From Hyaloraphidium curvatum SAG 235-1 (taxonomy: Eukaryota > Fungi > Monoblepharomycota), in NCBI GenBank assembly GCA_025558095.1, contig JAIVFI010000020.1:434001-498000 (forward strand): a stretch of DNA of 64,000 nucleotides. The letters are read 5' to 3'. How positions within the stretch are numbered: position 1 is the first letter of the stretch; every line of letters begins with the position of its first letter. Position numbers and translations under genes: made by a program. Below are positions 62,725 through 64,000 of this stretch, piece by piece. The notes below the pieces were generated by a model. That model was not told where the DNA came from. It saw only the letters and a program-made list of their open reading frames with translations, and did not search any database.

Positions 62725-64000
62725 TTACAAGGCCCGTTTGACGGCGAGGTACAGGCGATCAAACTCGTCCCGATCGCGCACGACTCTGCTGGCCTTGTCG
62801 TAGAGGGCCGCCGCCCGGGTCAGGTCCTTTGCGACGCCGAGCTCAAACTTGATGTAAGAGAGCCACACGCCATGGTCGGTCCTGAGGCTGTCCAGTGTAC
62901 CTTCGAAGTAGCGCCGAAGCCGCGAAATGTCTCTCGGCGCGACGAATTCCGCGTCGTTCCAGTCGAACGCAGGGTCGATCGGGGACCCAGCGACCGACCC
63001 CGCAATCTCTCCCCGGAGGCACCGTTCGTAGAAGGCTGCGCTGCGGGTCTTGGTCCTGATCAAAGCGTCAACGACGCTCCTCAGCTTTTCCACACCGCCA
63101 GCGTCCCGAGCCCAATCCAAGTAGCGCGAGACGGCCAAGTCGTCCGAAGCAGTGCCCTGGAGCCCGTGCCGCCCGCACGCTTCCTTCATGGCAGCCTCGA
63201 CGTCCTCGTGGTCCACGTTCTCAGCGGCGGAGGTCAGCTTGTTTAGGTAAACCTCCCAGACGGGCCAGCTTTGCGCACGGTCGAGTTTCCGCAGTGCCGC
63301 CTTGAGCGAAGCCCGCCAGTCCTTGACGGAGCCACCAGACAGATCGGCCTCCATCCGCAGCTTCCAAAGTCCTGCGGCAGCCGGCAGCGCCGCGACGCCG
63401 CGGGCAACCACGTCGTCCGCCGACTCGTCCCCCTCGGAGAGGAGTGCGGTGTCGGCCGCCCATTCCGCATAGCCTTCCTCCGTCAGCATACTTGCCGCTT
63501 CCGCGGCACGGCATGCTCGCAAAAGAAGGATGTTCAGATAGCGTACGAGGTTGGGCTCGTCGGTCCTGGTCCGCATATCGCGGAGGAAACCGAAGAAGCG
63601 AGAGTACAGCTCGGCCGATGGCCGTTCTCGTATCGCCTCTTGGAAGACGGCGATGGATGCTCTGAGCTTCGAAGGAAAGGATTCGTTGTCGGTCGCGACG
63701 CCGAGCAGCTCGGATGCCGCGACGACCTCCACCGCTTCCGGATCTGCCCAGAAATCGCGGCGTACCGAGTCAAGAACCTCCTCCACACCGGACCGGAGGG
63801 AAGCAGACTGAAACAGCTCCAAGAAACGAGCCCTGAATTGCAGATCCCCAGGGATAGCTGGCAAGGCGGGCCGAGAAACGTCAGGGCGGCGGGACGGCGC
63901 CAGACAAGACACCTCACCACGAACGGCGTTCCGGTAGACAATCCTCGGAATCGCCCCGTCCAGCATTGCATTCTCCGTCACGGTTGGCGAGGAGGCGGCG
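62725..64000 (-). CDS. UTP6: HAT-repeat protein, probably Utp6 (5' part lies outside the window)
   Basis: LDGAIPRIVYRNA followed by half-a-TPR-like helices (LWKLRM, VWEVYL, VWLSYIKFE). Confidence 0.65.
   Translation of the reverse strand, partial: AASSPTVTENAMLDGAIPRIVYRNAVRGEVSCLAPSRRPDVSRPALPAIPGDLQFRARFLELFQSASLRSGVEEVLDSVRRDFWADPEAVEVVAASELLGVATDNESFPSKLRASIAVFQEAIRERPSAELYSRFFGFLRDMRTRTDEPNLVRYLNILLLRACRAAEAASMLTEEGYAEWAADTALLSEGDESADDVVARGVAALPAAAGLWKLRMEADLSGGSVKDWRASLKAALRKLDRAQSWPVWEVYLNKLTSAAENVDHEDVEAAMKEACGRHGLQGTASDDLAVSRYLDWARDAGGVEKLRSVVDALIRTKTRSAAFYERCLRGEIAGSVAGSPIDPAFDWNDAEFVAPRDISRLRRYFEGTLDSLRTDHGVWLSYIKFELGVAKDLTRAAALYDKASRVVRDRDEFDRLYLAVKRAL

Overview
Eukaryotic, GC-rich and extremely compact genomic DNA with many short (~50-70 nt) GT-AG introns and CTGAC/CTAAC-type branch points. 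Gene content is fungal but keeps metazoan-like components (INTS2, NKAP, THOC5, an NZF finger on NPL4, a zinc knuckle on CPSF30), so an early-diverging fungus is inferred; this is not proven. The window holds about 32 mostly core housekeeping genes, largely as divergent pairs with ~60-250 bp between start codons. They are interrupted by a ~13 kb CpG-depleted nested transposon island (~16.0-29.5 kb). The island contains two young non-autonomous Ty1/copia-type LTR elements that share a 224-bp LTR but have different bodies, three LINE RT fragments and a broken Helitron. Highlights: an snR38-type C/D snoRNA and two tandem micro-exons (5 and 6 nt) in the eEF1B-gamma gene, a Gag-RNase H in-frame fusion element, a LEA-like/degenerate MAPEG fusion gene preceded by an inverted pair of TGACGTGGC sites, and apparent CpG decay spreading from the island into ATG6. 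All calls are by-eye motif recognition; no searches were run, and exon boundaries of multi-exon genes are approximate.
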